The notes under the pieces were generated by a model. That model had not been told where the DNA came from, did not search any database, and saw only the letters and a program-made list of their open reading frames with translations. Positions 38,041 to 50,345 of a stretch of DNA of 64,000 bases are shown in pieces. The position numbers and the translations under genes are program-made. The DNA is from Schmidtea nova (taxonomy: Eukaryota), in NCBI GenBank assembly GCA_044892505.1, contig CM097884.1, forward strand, positions 6,572,001-6,636,000. Direction: 5' to 3'. Each line of letters opens with the position of its first letter. Position 1 is the first letter of the stretch.

Positions 38041-38628
38041 TGCCTTTATTACCTTGATACACAAAATACTTTTTCAATCGATCTCTTAATGTACGATTAA
38101 ATTGTTCAATTTGGGCGTCTTTGAATTGAGAGAACACAGAATAATGATTAATCCCGGCCAAAACTTCTTTAACTTTACTATTCTAAAATTCTTTACCTAA
38201 ATTATAATTAACAATGAACAAAATTAGTATATATTCTTACCCAAATCAGTTTGTAAATTCTTTGGGCGACCGGACTTAAACATAGTTTTGATTGTAACAG
38301 CCATTTCATTTGCTGATTTAGTTTTAGTAGGAATAGCCCGAGCAAATCTATTGAAAACATCGATACATGTTAAAATATATTTATATCCCTTGTTAATATT
38401 TGAATAGGGAATCATTTTCATCAAATCCATTTGCCACAAGTCATTATTGCCATATGTTTTATATGCTCTTGTTGGAAATTGTTTCAATGCCGGTTTGTTT
38501 AGACTGTATATCAGTTGCCCCGATAACCATTTTTGAGTTTCTTTTTTCGAGTTTGGGACTTTTTTCTTTAGCTTTTCGACTCCACCGAAACCGGCGGGAT
38601 CTTTTGGGTTTGTCCATATCTTCTCCAT
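38041..38628 (-). pseudogene. Retroviral-like (rve) integrase with a 44-nt intron, C-terminally deleted
   Basis: PAGFGG, DLWQMDL, YKYILTCIDVF, LQTDLG|KEF, NHYSVFS and IEQFNRTL (D-D-E triad); intron 38240-38197; TAG at 38185. Confidence 0.9.
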
Positions 38629-38695
38629 TACAACAAGAAGAATTAAAATTCAATTTAAGATTAGGAAAATGAACAATCGGTAATTGACCCATTGT

Positions 38696-39241
38696 TTATG
38701 ATTTTGAGGGTTTTCCTAGTAATCCTACACCACCTAATAAAGATAATGCTAATGGTACCAATGCTGCAATAAACCCTCCGTGTTGTTTATATATTATTTT
38801 GCGCATTTGTTTTTTATTTTTAGTATTTACTAGTGATAATAATGGTTTCTTGTGTTTGTTCAACACATTTTTATTTGATTTACTGATATTAATTTTACCT
38901 TTGACAACTTTAACTATAACATCAAGTAAATCATCAATTACATAATTGGGAAACGATTGTAAAATACTCATTCTTCTAATGCTTGGAGCCTTGAGTAATG
39001 CATTGAAAAATGGAAAACTGCGATGATTTTTTGATTTTTTACTTGCAGTTGCCTTTGATATCTTTGGTGTATCGGGTTTTGAATTGTGTGAAATTAGATT
39101 CATTTTGGGAAAATTTTCGGTGATTAATTTCTTCGGACGTGTAAAACTCGTTTTAGGTGGAATTATTGTTTCACGATTCTTTTTAATAACTTTTCTAAGT
39201 TTTGATATCTTTGGATGTTTGGCTCGTGCTTTAAATATCAT
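38696..39241 (-). CDS. Basic Maverick core/pX-like protein with a GGF protease-cleavage motif
   Basis: Lys-rich 181-aa ORF ending KIIYKQHGGFIAALVPLALSLLGG. Confidence 0.75.
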   Translation of the reverse strand: MIFKARAKHPKISKLRKVIKKNRETIIPPKTSFTRPKKLITENFPKMNLISHNSKPDTPKISKATASKKSKNHRSFPFFNALLKAPSIRRMSILQSFPNYVIDDLLDVIVKVVKGKINISKSNKNVLNKHKKPLLSLVNTKNKKQMRKIIYKQHGGFIAALVPLALSLLGGVGLLGKPSKS

Positions 39242-39872
39242 GATTAATTTCGAACATGAATTTAACTTTGTTTATAAACCATTGCTCCTTCTTTGTAAAA
39301 ATATCAGTTCTAACACGTAATTCATCACTACATTGTTGAGTAAAATCGAGAAAAATATATCCATGTGGGAATTTAGTTGCATCTTGAAATGCATTGATCA
39401 AATATTTCCGATTATTAGGGTTTGCCTGTCTTGCAAGAAAATCAATAACGGTAGCATCTCTAGGATTTTTAAAATAACTAGATATTGAACATTCAAATTT
39501 CAAGTTCGATGACTACCACCCTGATGAAATAAATTCTGAGTAATAAAAATAACTGTAACTCCTTTATGTCTAGCAATTTTTGTGAATTAATTATTGAAAT
39601 CCTTCTCTTTATTTGCTTCTTGATACAAATCATCAATAATAATTACATCACCACTTCGTAATCTAGACGACCAGGTTTTATCGAATCCTTTTATTATTGT
39701 CATTTTAATCTTACAGAATTGATCTTGAGTCATTCCATATTCATTATCAGCTCCCTATGCCAATAAAGTTTGATTTGAATAATTTTGATTGTAATAATTT
39801 ACAAACAAATAAAGTTTTTCCACTTCCACATGGACTGACAATTTGATAAACTGCATCATTTCTTAACTCCAT
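39231..39872 (-). pseudogene. Packaging ATPase (FtsK/A32-like), disrupted
   Basis: Walker A SPCGSGKT, Walker B VIIIDD, RHKGVTVIFITQ, FKNPRD, PHGYIFLD, LRVRTDIF; two stops and several frameshifts. Confidence 0.9.
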
Positions 39873-39968
39873 TTTCAAAATATTAAGAGTTTATGGATAT
39901 TGTTTATATTTGTTTTAATTAATTGTTATACTTTTACGAAAATTATTTAAAAAATAATCAGACTTATA

Positions 39969-40274
39969 ATGTTAAGCAACATAAAGTACAAAGGAAAATG
40001 TTCTGTTTCTCGTATGAAATTTCCAAATGGTAAGCCACAGCAGATTGTAGATAGGAAAGGTAAGTATCCTATAATATTTTTCAAGTCCGGTAAATGTAGA
40101 ATAATGGGATGTAAACAACCTCTTAAAGATCAAGATTTATTATATGAAATAAATGATTTACAAATACAATCGATTACAGTTACTACAGATATTAGGAAAT
40201 GTGTTAATTTACATGAATTGTCACAAAATCTCTCATGTTCTTATGAGCCAGAAATATTCCCAGCATTGAAATAA
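39969..40274 (+). CDS. TBP-like gene, copy 3 (3'-truncated by an (AAT)n tract), inside the Maverick
   Basis: PIIFFKSGKCRIMGCK resembles TBP TALIFSSGKMVCTGAK; LQIQSITVTTDI resembles FKIQNMVGSCDV; SYEPEIFPAL resembles SYEPELFPGL. Confidence 0.8.
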   Translation: MLSNIKYKGKCSVSRMKFPNGKPQQIVDRKGKYPIIFFKSGKCRIMGCKQPLKDQDLLYEINDLQIQSITVTTDIRKCVNLHELSQNLSCSYEPEIFPALK

Positions 40275-40297
40275 ACAAAGTATAATAATAATAAAGT

Positions 40298-40383
<86 letters not shown>

Positions 40384-40499
40384 AATTGTGTGTTAGATAT
40401 ATTTATTAATTTTGCTTCTTTGTTACGATGCACTGACATTGCAATGTCTTTGTTAAGTTGCATCGGCATTGCAATGTCCTTGTTTAAATTGGGGTAGGA

Positions 40500-41012
40500 A
40501 ATTTTTTAAAATAGTGATAGAAAAATTTTTCAAATACACACATAAACACCATCTCTCATACTCAGCTGTCAATTACCTTTTGTTTGATATACATATTATA
40601 TAGTTTTAAAAATTTGAACATTGGACCCTTTATATAACCTTCAAGGGTATGACCTTCAAACTCATATGTCAATTACCTTTTGTTTGATATACATATTAAA
40701 AAGTTTTAAAAATTTGAACCTTGGACCTTTGTAGGGTATGACCTTCAAACTCACCATCAAAAGTCCTTATGAATGATATACAACTTGTAAGGTTTAAAAA
40801 ACATTTAAGTTTTGACACCCTTGAAGGTAATTGACCCACCATAGACCTTCGAAGGTATAACCATCATTCTTACCTCTGAAATACCTTTCGAATAATATAT
40901 AACTTGTAAGGTTTAAATATCTTTGAAGGTTTTGTATCCTTTGAAGTTTGAGCTCCCACTATAAATGTTCTAAAGTATGACCATCATGCACATCTCACAA
41001 ATACCTTTCGAA

Positions 41013-41083
<71 letters not shown>

Positions 41084-41379
41084 GAGGTTTGAAAAGATTT
41101 GAAGGTTTTGCACCCTTTGAAGGTTCAGGACCCTCCACAAACCTTCAAAAGTATGATCATTGTATAAACCTTTCCAAGACCTTTCGAATGATACCCTTGT
41201 TTGAAGGTTTGACCTTATTTGAGCTCTGGAAAGTCAAATTTAAAATCTGAATTTGAAATGAGTCATCGATCACGTCATAAAGAAAATCTTTCTACCCGGG
41301 GGGTTGAGTCATAATGTCTTTGTGTGAGTCATCAATGAGTCATCATGTCTTTGTTCCCGGCTCCACACTTCTACCTTCA
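40500..41379 (-). repeat. Maverick right subterminal region with ~100-120-bp imperfect tandem units and a TGAGTCA cluster
   Basis: TGTCAATTACCTTTTGTTTGATATACATATT twice; AATGATATA...AGGTTT...TTTGAAGG-type units about four times; TGAGTCA at 41259, 41305, 41325 and 41336. Confidence 0.7.
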
Positions 41380-41384
41380 GACAA

Positions 41385-42644
41385 ATAAATTAGATCGATA
41401 CTTTTATAAATTAGTAAACAACAGTCTTCACGGCAAGACTGTTGAAAATTTGAAAAAACGCATCAACTTGCGTTTATGCAATTCTGCCGGCAAATTATTA
41501 ACATACTGCTCGAAACCCACGTTTCGTAAAACAAATAAAATTGATAGCGATCTGATTTGTGTTTTGTTGCGAAAGGAATCAGTATGTTTAGATAGACCCA
41601 GCTACATCGGTCAAACTGTACTGGATTTATGTAAACTAAGAATGTATCAGCTACAGTATAAAGAGTTACAAAAATATCGTGACGACTTCAACTGTAAAAT
41701 TAACATTGTTGCTGGGGATACTGATTCCTTTTTTTAAGGTAAAAAACTGTAGTCTGGACATTCTTTTACCGATTATGATAAATGATTGCTTGCTGGATAC
41801 TTCTAATTATGACCCAATGAATCCTTTATACAGCAGAAACCTTGATTCTGTCATTGGCAAGTTCAAAGGTGAGAATAAAGGGATGCTGTATAAAGATTTG
41901 GTGTTTCTTCGACCGAAATGCTACAGCTTAATGGTTGATGAGGTGAGTATGAGGGCTAAGGTGATTGGCAATAAGGATACTGGACTAACACATACTGGAC
42001 TAACACTATATAAATAATAAAATCTATGCGGTTCCCAGTTTAGAATAACATCTAAAAACCACCAAAATTTTAGTGTTAAAAATCATAAGAGGTCATTAAG
42101 CTGTAGGGACAACAAGCGGAATCGGGTAGGCAAAAATAAAAGCCTGGCATATGGCCATTATAGAGAGCTAANNNNNNNNNNNNNNNNNNNNNNNNNNNNN
42201 NNNNNNNNNNNNNNNNNNNNNNNNNNNNNNNNNNNNNNNNNNNNNNNNNNNNNNNNNNNNNNNNNNNNNNNNNNNNNNNNNNNNNNNNNNNNNNNNNNNN
42301 NNNNNNNNNNNNNNNNNNNNNNNNNNNNNNNNNNNNNNNNNNNNNNNNNNNNNNNNNNNNNNNNNNNNNNNNNNNNNNNNNNNNNNNNNNNNNNNNNNNN
42401 NNNNNNNNNNNNNNNNNNNATGATCCCTGCTATTTTTATGAGGAGCCGGATCATAATTATTTGCGATGATGGCGGAAAACAAGATTGACGAACAGAAAAT
42501 CAAAAAAAGAACATTCAGATAATGAAAAACAGAAAATCACAAAAAAAAAGAAAATCAAAGCAAATATAGTCAAAAAGTTTATTATTATATTTTTATAAGT
42601 TTATTATTACTATTATCAATATTATGTTTATAAGTTTATTATTA

Positions 42645-42724
<80 letters not shown>

Positions 42725-43503
42725 TTTAAGTTTATTATATATATGTTCACTTAAACATTGAATGCAGCCAAATACGATTACAATGTGATCAGTGTCTTTC
42801 AAAAAATGATTTGATTAAAAAGGAAATCGAAAAAATGATTACCAAAATCTATGAAAGAGTCAAATGTCTTAATCAAACATTTGTTAAAAAACAATATGAA
42901 CAAGTCAGATGTCAAAATCAAACAGTTGAAATTGAAAACGAGAAAACAGCATTAGTATTACATTATATCAGTTTATTGATATTAATCGTGAGCTTGATTT
43001 TATCAACTTCGATAAGGTTAGAGAAAATATCGAATATTCCTAAGAATAATATTCCTATAAGTAATATTCCAGTAAATAATATTCATATGAGTCATCAATT
43101 TAAACTTTTTTTAATTTTTAAAATAAAAAAAAATTATAACTTCTCAAAAATTAGCTGAGTCAACGTTGACTCCGAAAAATAAAAAAAAATTTCAAATCAT
43201 TCAAAATTGAAAAGGTTTTAAAAAAATACTTATTTTTCGATGAGCCATAAAATTTTTTGATGAGTCATCGATGAGTAATCGATTGGTCAAATAAAAAATT
43301 TTTAAAAAAACAGGAATTTTTTCGAAAATAAAAGATTAAAAAGTAAATAAAAAACTTTTTTAAAAAACAGAAAATTTTTCGAAAAAAGATTATTTGGCAA
43401 AAAATTATTTGACTCCCCTCCCGGGGAGAGTTCGGTAACTCATAGTCTTAGTTTTAATTTCCCGCCCACGCATTTCTTTGTGTTTGACTCCACACGTCTA
43501 ACT
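41385..43503 (+). mobile_element. Second Maverick fragment: pPolB C-terminus plus right terminus
   Basis: KLVNNSLHGKTVEN, AGDTDSFF, FLRPKCYS and LAYGHY (41385-42170); terminus 43465-43503 is the reverse complement of 14826-14860. Confidence 0.88.
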
Positions 43504-44498
43504 TTTGTAGTAAGTGGGCTATTTCGCTAACTTATTCTTTAGAATTAATTTTTGTGTGGTTGTCTCTAATGCGAAAAGCTTCTTTAAGTCTGATATTTCT
43601 TTCATCGTTTTCACTGGTTAATATTTTCACTGATAAAAAATTTTCATTATTATATGTGTGACAAGGTGAAGATGTTTATAAACAGAAGACTTTCTACAAG
43701 GAATTTTTGTTACTTACTACTATATCCTTAAAAAACAATGTAATGTATTTAATCAATTCTAGTAAAACTATAGTAAAACAGAAACACATTTGTAGATGAA
43801 TTTTTAATATAAAATTAATATCATAGGAGATTTAGATTATTACATTTTGGTCAGTAAAATATTTTGGAAATTATATTTAGAATTGAAAAACAATCTACTT
43901 TTAAAAAATTATTATAACAAAATTAACATTTTTTTTAAAATATTCATAATTTGGAATGAATAAATGATTTGAGCATTTCGTAAATAAATTTAAGTAAAAA
44001 ATTTATTATTAATTATTTTTCTTAAAATATAAAATTTTATAACAATTATATGATATTTTACGAGTCGGAATACAATAAAATGCATACATTTTACTATATC
44101 GAAAAGGATTAATAATTAAAGTAATGCATGAAGTATATAAGAATGTCTCATATTTTTATGAAATATCTGTTATTGATTTAGTTTAAATAAATGAATATTT
44201 TATTTCATTCTCAGAGTATAAGGATTTTAAATTGCGATTTTAATGAAATCCGAAATAGGTGATTACTATAAATCATTCAGTAAAAGATATCTTATTGTCA
44301 GAAAAAAATGTGGTCTAGAAAAATAAACAAGAAAAATACAATAATAATAAACAAAAGAAAGAACATAATAATTAACAAAAAAGTAAATAAAAAATGGTAG
44401 TAAAAATAAGTTAAACACTTAGTAATAGTAATTTAAAATAAAATAATTAATGAGACAATTAAATAAAATTATAATAATAAAATAAAAACATTAAAGAA

Positions 44499-44696
44499 TT
44501 ATTATTATTATCAATAATTCTCATAATGACTATAGATCAAAATTTTTTTTTTATAAACAATAACACAATATTTCGGCACAGCCTTTATCAAGTGTGTATA
44601 CACACTTGATAAAGGCTGTGCCGAAATATTGTGTTATTGTTTATAAAAAAAAATTTTGATCTATAGTCATTATGAGAATTATTGATAATAATAATA
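44499..44696. repeat. ~198-bp spacerless palindrome of a Penelope-like terminal repeat
   Basis: Perfect mirror about GTGTGTATACACAC (centre 44598/44599), apart from a 1-nt homopolymer difference. Confidence 0.92.
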
Positions 44697-45039
44697 AAAA
44701 AAGATCAAAGGTGAAAAAAGATAATTATGATATTAAAGAATTAATAAATAATATAATAAATAATAAAAAAAGAATTAAATGAAATGACATTAGTACAAAG
44801 TATTAAAATATAATTAACAAAAAAAAACAAAAAAACAAATTAAATAACCAATATAAATTATCTATAAAAGTTAATAATTATAATATAAAAAAATATTTAG
44901 TTTAATATTTATCATATTTGACCATGTAATTTCATGTGTTGTGCAGAGTTGTCTCACTTCTTTAATTTTAATAATTTGAGTAGTGTTCTCATTGAATATT
45001 TATCATTGTAGTGGTTCAATAATAATAATAATTATAAAA

Positions 45040-46485
45040 ATAAATACTTATAAAAATAAAATAAAGATATGAAAATAAATAAATAAATACAATAAAAAAT
45101 AAATTAGTAAAGTGAATAAATAAATAAAATAATAAAATTAATAATAAAAAATTAATTTATAAATTAATTATCTAATTATTAAAAAATAAATTTAAAAATA
45201 AAAAATTTAAAACAGTAAAACAAAACAGTTTAAAAATCGCGCCAAAAAAAATTTCAAAATTTCATAAGTAAAATAAAATAAAAGATTCAGACTCCTCATA
45301 GCCTCCAATTTACAAACCACTTCATGTTATCCTTGACATTTGTGCACATTTAGACGTTTTGTTTGATGTTATTTTCAGAGACAAAATTAAAAACTAGTGA
45401 AATATTTTCAATTTATCCTATAGAAGCACTGATAAACACAATATAAAAATTATATCATTTTTCATCACTTTAAACATTCAATCTTAAAGATGTTATTTAG
45501 TAATACTTTTATGCTATAATTCCACAAATAAAAGCAATTTAGGGTTAATTTTCACCAGAATATGTCACGTTTTGTGGGATTTCGGAATCAAATTTGATGT
45601 TCCTTTCTTTCGGTTTACCCATGCCAAATGACTGGGAGCATACGGCAATAAGTTCTATTGAAGGATTGCACTGTTCTATGTGACTGATATTTAATTATAT
45701 AAGTTATAGTCCTCAAAAGACCGTTTCATGTCCCAAGTGTTCCTGATTTCATCATATTAACTATCAATTAAATCTCATTATAAAACTGAAATGCATAAAA
45801 TTTAAAAAGTGAAATAATTCTATAACAAGATTAATAAAATTAATGAAATTAATAAGATGAAATTTAATAAATATCAAAATACAAATTAACAAATTACTTT
45901 TTACATTGCTTTTAGATTTATAAAAATGTTTCATTAATGACAGAATTCGTATTTCACATTGTTTAATTAGAATATTTAGGAGCACAAATATATTCTGCTT
46001 ATTTGAATTTATTGTTTTGCTCACATAAATTGAGATCTAGAATATTTTATTGATTTACTGGCAGTGCCATTTGCAGACAAATCCACAATAGCACCATTAG
46101 GTGTGCCGTTCAATAGCAATACTTCTTACGTGAGTGTTTCCCAGAAATTTATTTAATAATATAAATATTGAATTTTATTTTTATTTATTTTTCCTATCAC
46201 AATAATGAATTTGTTTTTTCAAATGTAAAATTTATTTTGTTTACTTAATTGTCTTTTTTCATTACATTTATTATTTATTCAATTTTTTTCTAAAAATTAC
46301 GAAGTCAACTCATCTTCTTCCAAACAGAGATAAAAATCATTTATTTATCTTGTTAAATTTTAAAAAAATGTAGATCAAAGAATCCAGTTTAGTTGATGTT
46401 TCTCTCAATAATGATTTTTTATTGTAGATCTTTTTCCTGGAATTGCATCAAAAATGTTTAAATTATTTTTTCTAATGATTCCATA
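45040..46485 (-). repeat. Uninterrupted copy of the dispersed repeat (empty sites for the MITE and the piggyBac-type insertion)
   Basis: Reverse complement joins the 7920-9374 and 22854-23330 homologues through a single TTAA. Confidence 0.85.
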
Positions 46486-47339
46486 GCTCACCATGAGTAC
46501 GAATCCTTTTTTAAAAATTCCACAAAATAAGCAACAGATCAACAAAATATCTCACATAATAAGACGAATAACACAATTAAATTCAATATACAAACCTCAT
46601 CAAACTCATCATCTCTATTTGAGCTCATATTCTTCATTTGGCACATCCGCAGTCAGATAGAGATATAAGGTTTTATCTGACATTTTCACTGACAATGTCA
46701 CGGATGAAAATAAATGATAGTTTGTGTTATTAAACGCACATATAAATTTATTATACATCAAAGGGCATAAATTAAGGGCCAGAGAGGCAACAATTTAGGA
46801 TTCTATAATAACAAATAAAATAATATATTGAAAAAATATACATACCTACTGAAGATTAGAAAAAAGAAAAAAAGCACAGTCGTAAATAATTGGCCTATAC
46901 TATAGAAAAGAAGAAAAATAAATTAGGTCAAAAAGACACGCTGACACAACACACAAAAAAACATATAATGAAAAGTACAAACACATGGACATAATTTAAG
47001 TGACAATCTTAAATTTAAAAAAATCATGATTTATGAAGATATTTCAGAAGCTTCGTTGGAATCAATTGTTCCATTTATTGGAGAGGATCAAGGAGAAATG
47101 TAAATTTACAATTAAATTAAAAAAATTAAAAAAAAAGATTTTTTGAAATGCAGAAAATGAAGCTAATAGCTCAAATTACCGAAACTGTAGAATGAAAACA
47201 TCGAAAAACGTAAAACTAATTTGAATTTTCAATTTTTAACTTAAAATCTTATAGATATTCTGAACATGACAAAAAATTACTAAAAGAAGTAATGAAAAGG
47301 CGTGAAAATCATGAAGAATTCTGGTCAGGCAAATGGGTT

Positions 47340-47580
47340 TTGAACCTAAAATTATTAAAGACAGTGTCGAGGTAAAAAAAACTGGCATTCTTACAGCAGG
47401 GAAAAGAGGCAGATAACTTGTTAGCCTAATAATTGAAGAAAATGGAACACAATTAAATGATTTTGTGGACCACAATTATTGGACTACTTTGGAAGAAATG
47501 AAAAACTCGGATACAATTAGCTGCAATGTACACACAAAAACAATATCCAGATGTTTAAAAGATAAGCTGCTAAAATTATA
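47340..47580 (+). pseudogene. Possible decayed Tc1-like transposase N-terminal HTH
   Basis: KKTGILTAGKRGR*...FVDHNYWTTLEEM...VHTKTISRCLK resembles the GRP...T..EL...TI.R.L pattern; no catalytic domain follows. Confidence 0.35.
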
Positions 47581-47887
47581 AAGACTTACTTTTTTCTGTA
47601 ATTCATAAATATCTAAAAAATATCTAGATAAAATAAATTGGTATTTAACTTAAAATATTAAATAAATTTAAAATATGCTAAAATAGCTTAAATACATAAT
47701 TAAAAAATTAAATTAAAAAAATAAGTAGTTAATAAATACTAACTGCTTGTATTAAGTATCTTTTGGCCCTTAATTATAAATTGTTAGTGTTGATCAGTTT
47801 TTATAAATTATTGAAATCTAAATTGAAATCTAGGATCTAATTAAATGTATTTTAGTACACTTAATGGTATGTATGTGTGTTTTTATG

Positions 47888-47962
47888 TTAGCAACAGTCG
47901 CCTGGTGAAAAAGGTGGTGTTGTCATCTCACTTTGTACTACTTTATAATAATGATAATGATA

Positions 47963-48015
<53 letters not shown>

Positions 48016-48688
48016 TGAATCGATCCAAGAACTCATCGAATAAACTTTTTATTTTATCAGCAAACAATTCATCTGTCATATTGTCAAAGACATTACTATT
48101 TAACCATCGGAAATTCATTTTGTCCACACATTGTATTAACTTGTCAAGATCAAAGTCATAATCATACACGTCCACACCAATATCATTTTCATTCAAGATT
48201 TCTGACATATGATCTCCTGACAACACCATTAATTATACACAGTTCTTTCGAGATTCTCGAGAAGCAGTACAAAACTCAGCCGAACTAGCTTTCTGTTCAT
48301 TGAGATAACCTTCGACGTTGTAGACATCATAGAATTGCAATGCGATTAATTTTTAAGATTCATTGGAAATTGTGCTGGAAATCACGTCAATGTCTTTTAT
48401 TTTACAATTGAATTTGGTTCTTTCAATACTTTCATCTTTAATGTTGACAGCTGTTACGATTATTTTATGTGATAAATCTTTCCTCCATTGAATTACGAGC
48501 GAACCAGATGCAGACAAAGCATCTAAACATTCAACAGGATTTTCAGATGAACTGCAAAATGTGTTGAGCACCTCGAATACCAATTCTCTATTCATTGAAA
48601 ATTTGGGTTTGAAAGATACATCAGCACTTTTAGAAGATTGACATTCACCATCTGATAATCTATTTGCAATTTTTTCAGAATACAGCAT
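47888..48688 (-). pseudogene. Decayed ORF of unknown function (mirror copy from 63215 on + strand)
   Basis: ORFs 48688-48353 and 48229-47888 share one frame broken by two TAA stops; a (TAT)n expansion lies in the 3' part. Confidence 0.45.
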
Positions 48689-49679
48689 TGTCTGATTTAT
48701 TTTTAAAAACTTCCAATTTAAATCTCAACTTTGTCAAAAAACACTCAGCAAAATTTAAATCAACCAAAAAATTCCAATTGCCGAAAAGGTGCTATAATAC
48801 AAAAATCAAAATCAAAAATATGAATCGAGAATTAAAATTCCAATCTGAATCCAAGAAAATCAAAATAATTCGACGAAACAAATCAGTCAAAGCTTCATTG
48901 ATTCCACAACTCCACAATCTTTAATCAATTCCTAAGAATTCGAACAAACCCGCACACAGACGCGAGAAAAGTAAGTCATAAAAATAAATGATGCGCACAC
49001 AGAAGTCTAGAAAATTGACAACGCGCACACAGACGCGACAAAAAAAACAAATCACGCCCACAGTAAGCCTTCTATCTGAGCTACCNNNNNNNNNNNNNNN
49101 NNNNNNNNNNNNNNNNNNNNNNNNNNNNNNNNNNNNNNNNNNNNNNNNNNNNNNNNNNNNNNNNNNNNNNNNNNNNNNNNNNNNNNNNNNNNNNNNNNNN
49201 NNNNNNNNNNNNNNNNNNNNNNNNNNNNNNNNNNNNNNNNNNNNNNNNNNNNNNNNNNNNNNNNNNNNNNNNNNNNNNNNNNNNNNNNNNNNNNNNNNNN
49301 NNNNNNNNNNNNNNNNGAGAAACAATACTCATGTGAAATTTCTTTGGCCACAATTTCGATAATGTGTTTTTGAGGATTTATTGGTAAATTGTGTCATTTT
49401 CTCTTTTATAACTGTAGAAAATATATATATGAGAGATAAAATACATTCATTTTTTTATAAATATATTTTATAAGCATTCAAATACACAACTTATCTGAAG
49501 ACAGATTTGAAGATAATTTTCTTTTTTAACCTTTAATTGTCCAAAGATTGTAGAGAATTCTAAGAAACGACTTAATTTGTGACTATGTAATTCAGCGTCG
49601 AGACTGATTATATCCACTTTTAAACCGACTTTTCGAAAAAATATAAAATTTATAATGATATTATCTCAAGGTATATATG

Positions 49680-50345
49680 TTTAGATAGACCGAGCTATAC
49701 TAGACAAACTGTACTGGATCTATTTAAACTTAGATGTATCAACTCCAGTATGAAGAATTACAACAATATTGTAATGAATTCAACTGTGAAATTAATATAG
49801 TTGCTGTTGATACAGACTCTTTTTTTCTCGAAGACTAAGAATTGTAAGTTGGAAACTCTTTTGTCATCTATCGTTTATACTTTAAGACACTTCGAATTAT
49901 GATCCAGATCATCCTTTGTACTCGAAAATTCTTAATTCTGTCATTGGTAAATTCAAAGATGAGAATAAAGAATCCAATTATGATGAGGGGGTGTTTCTTT
50001 GATCCAAGTGTTATAGTCTTTTACGGGAAAAAAGAGCATTAAGACTAAGGGTATAACACTGAAGGGTACTGACCTGAAACATCAGTCATACCTGGATTGT
50101 TATAATAATAATACAATAGTTTCGGTCGACTAGTCGAGAATAGTTAGTAAAAATCATCAACTTTTAACTAATAAATCTCGTAAAAATGCTTTGACTAACT
50201 TTGGCGATAAAGTACTTTGAATAGGAAAAAATGAAAGTATTGAATGTGGTCATTATATGAGTATAGATGGGGTTATGGGTGCGTAAAAATGATGAAATCG
50301 ATGATGCCGATGAAGCCGAAGAATATTCAGATGTTTTTTATATCT
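49680..50345 (+). pseudogene. Third pPolB C-terminal fragment (degenerate)
   Basis: LDRPSY..QTVLDL, NIVAVDTDSFF, SNYDPDHPLYS, IGKFKDE, KCYS, GHY. Confidence 0.85.

Larger units (their letters stand above)
28951..41379 (-). mobile_element. Decayed Maverick/Polinton (adintovirus-like) element, ~12.4 kb, with an internal deletion
   Basis: Related termini AGTAGGAGGAAGCGTGGACGGGGGAACAAAGACAT (28951) and reverse-complement AGGTAGAAGTGTGGAGCCGGGAACAAAGACAT (to 41376). Gene set: ATPase, GGF-motif core protein, rve integrase, major capsid, cysteine protease, pPolB. No target-site duplication found. Confidence 0.92.

Noticed and set aside
40233-42802. Poly-Ile/Leu/Asn ORFs
   Set aside because: Translations of (AAT)n/(TAT)n microsatellites.
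48900-49085. Possible further Maverick terminus (CGCACACAGACGCG repeats ending ...CTACC before a gap)
   Set aside because: Similarity to the other termini is too short, and the end is hidden by Ns.
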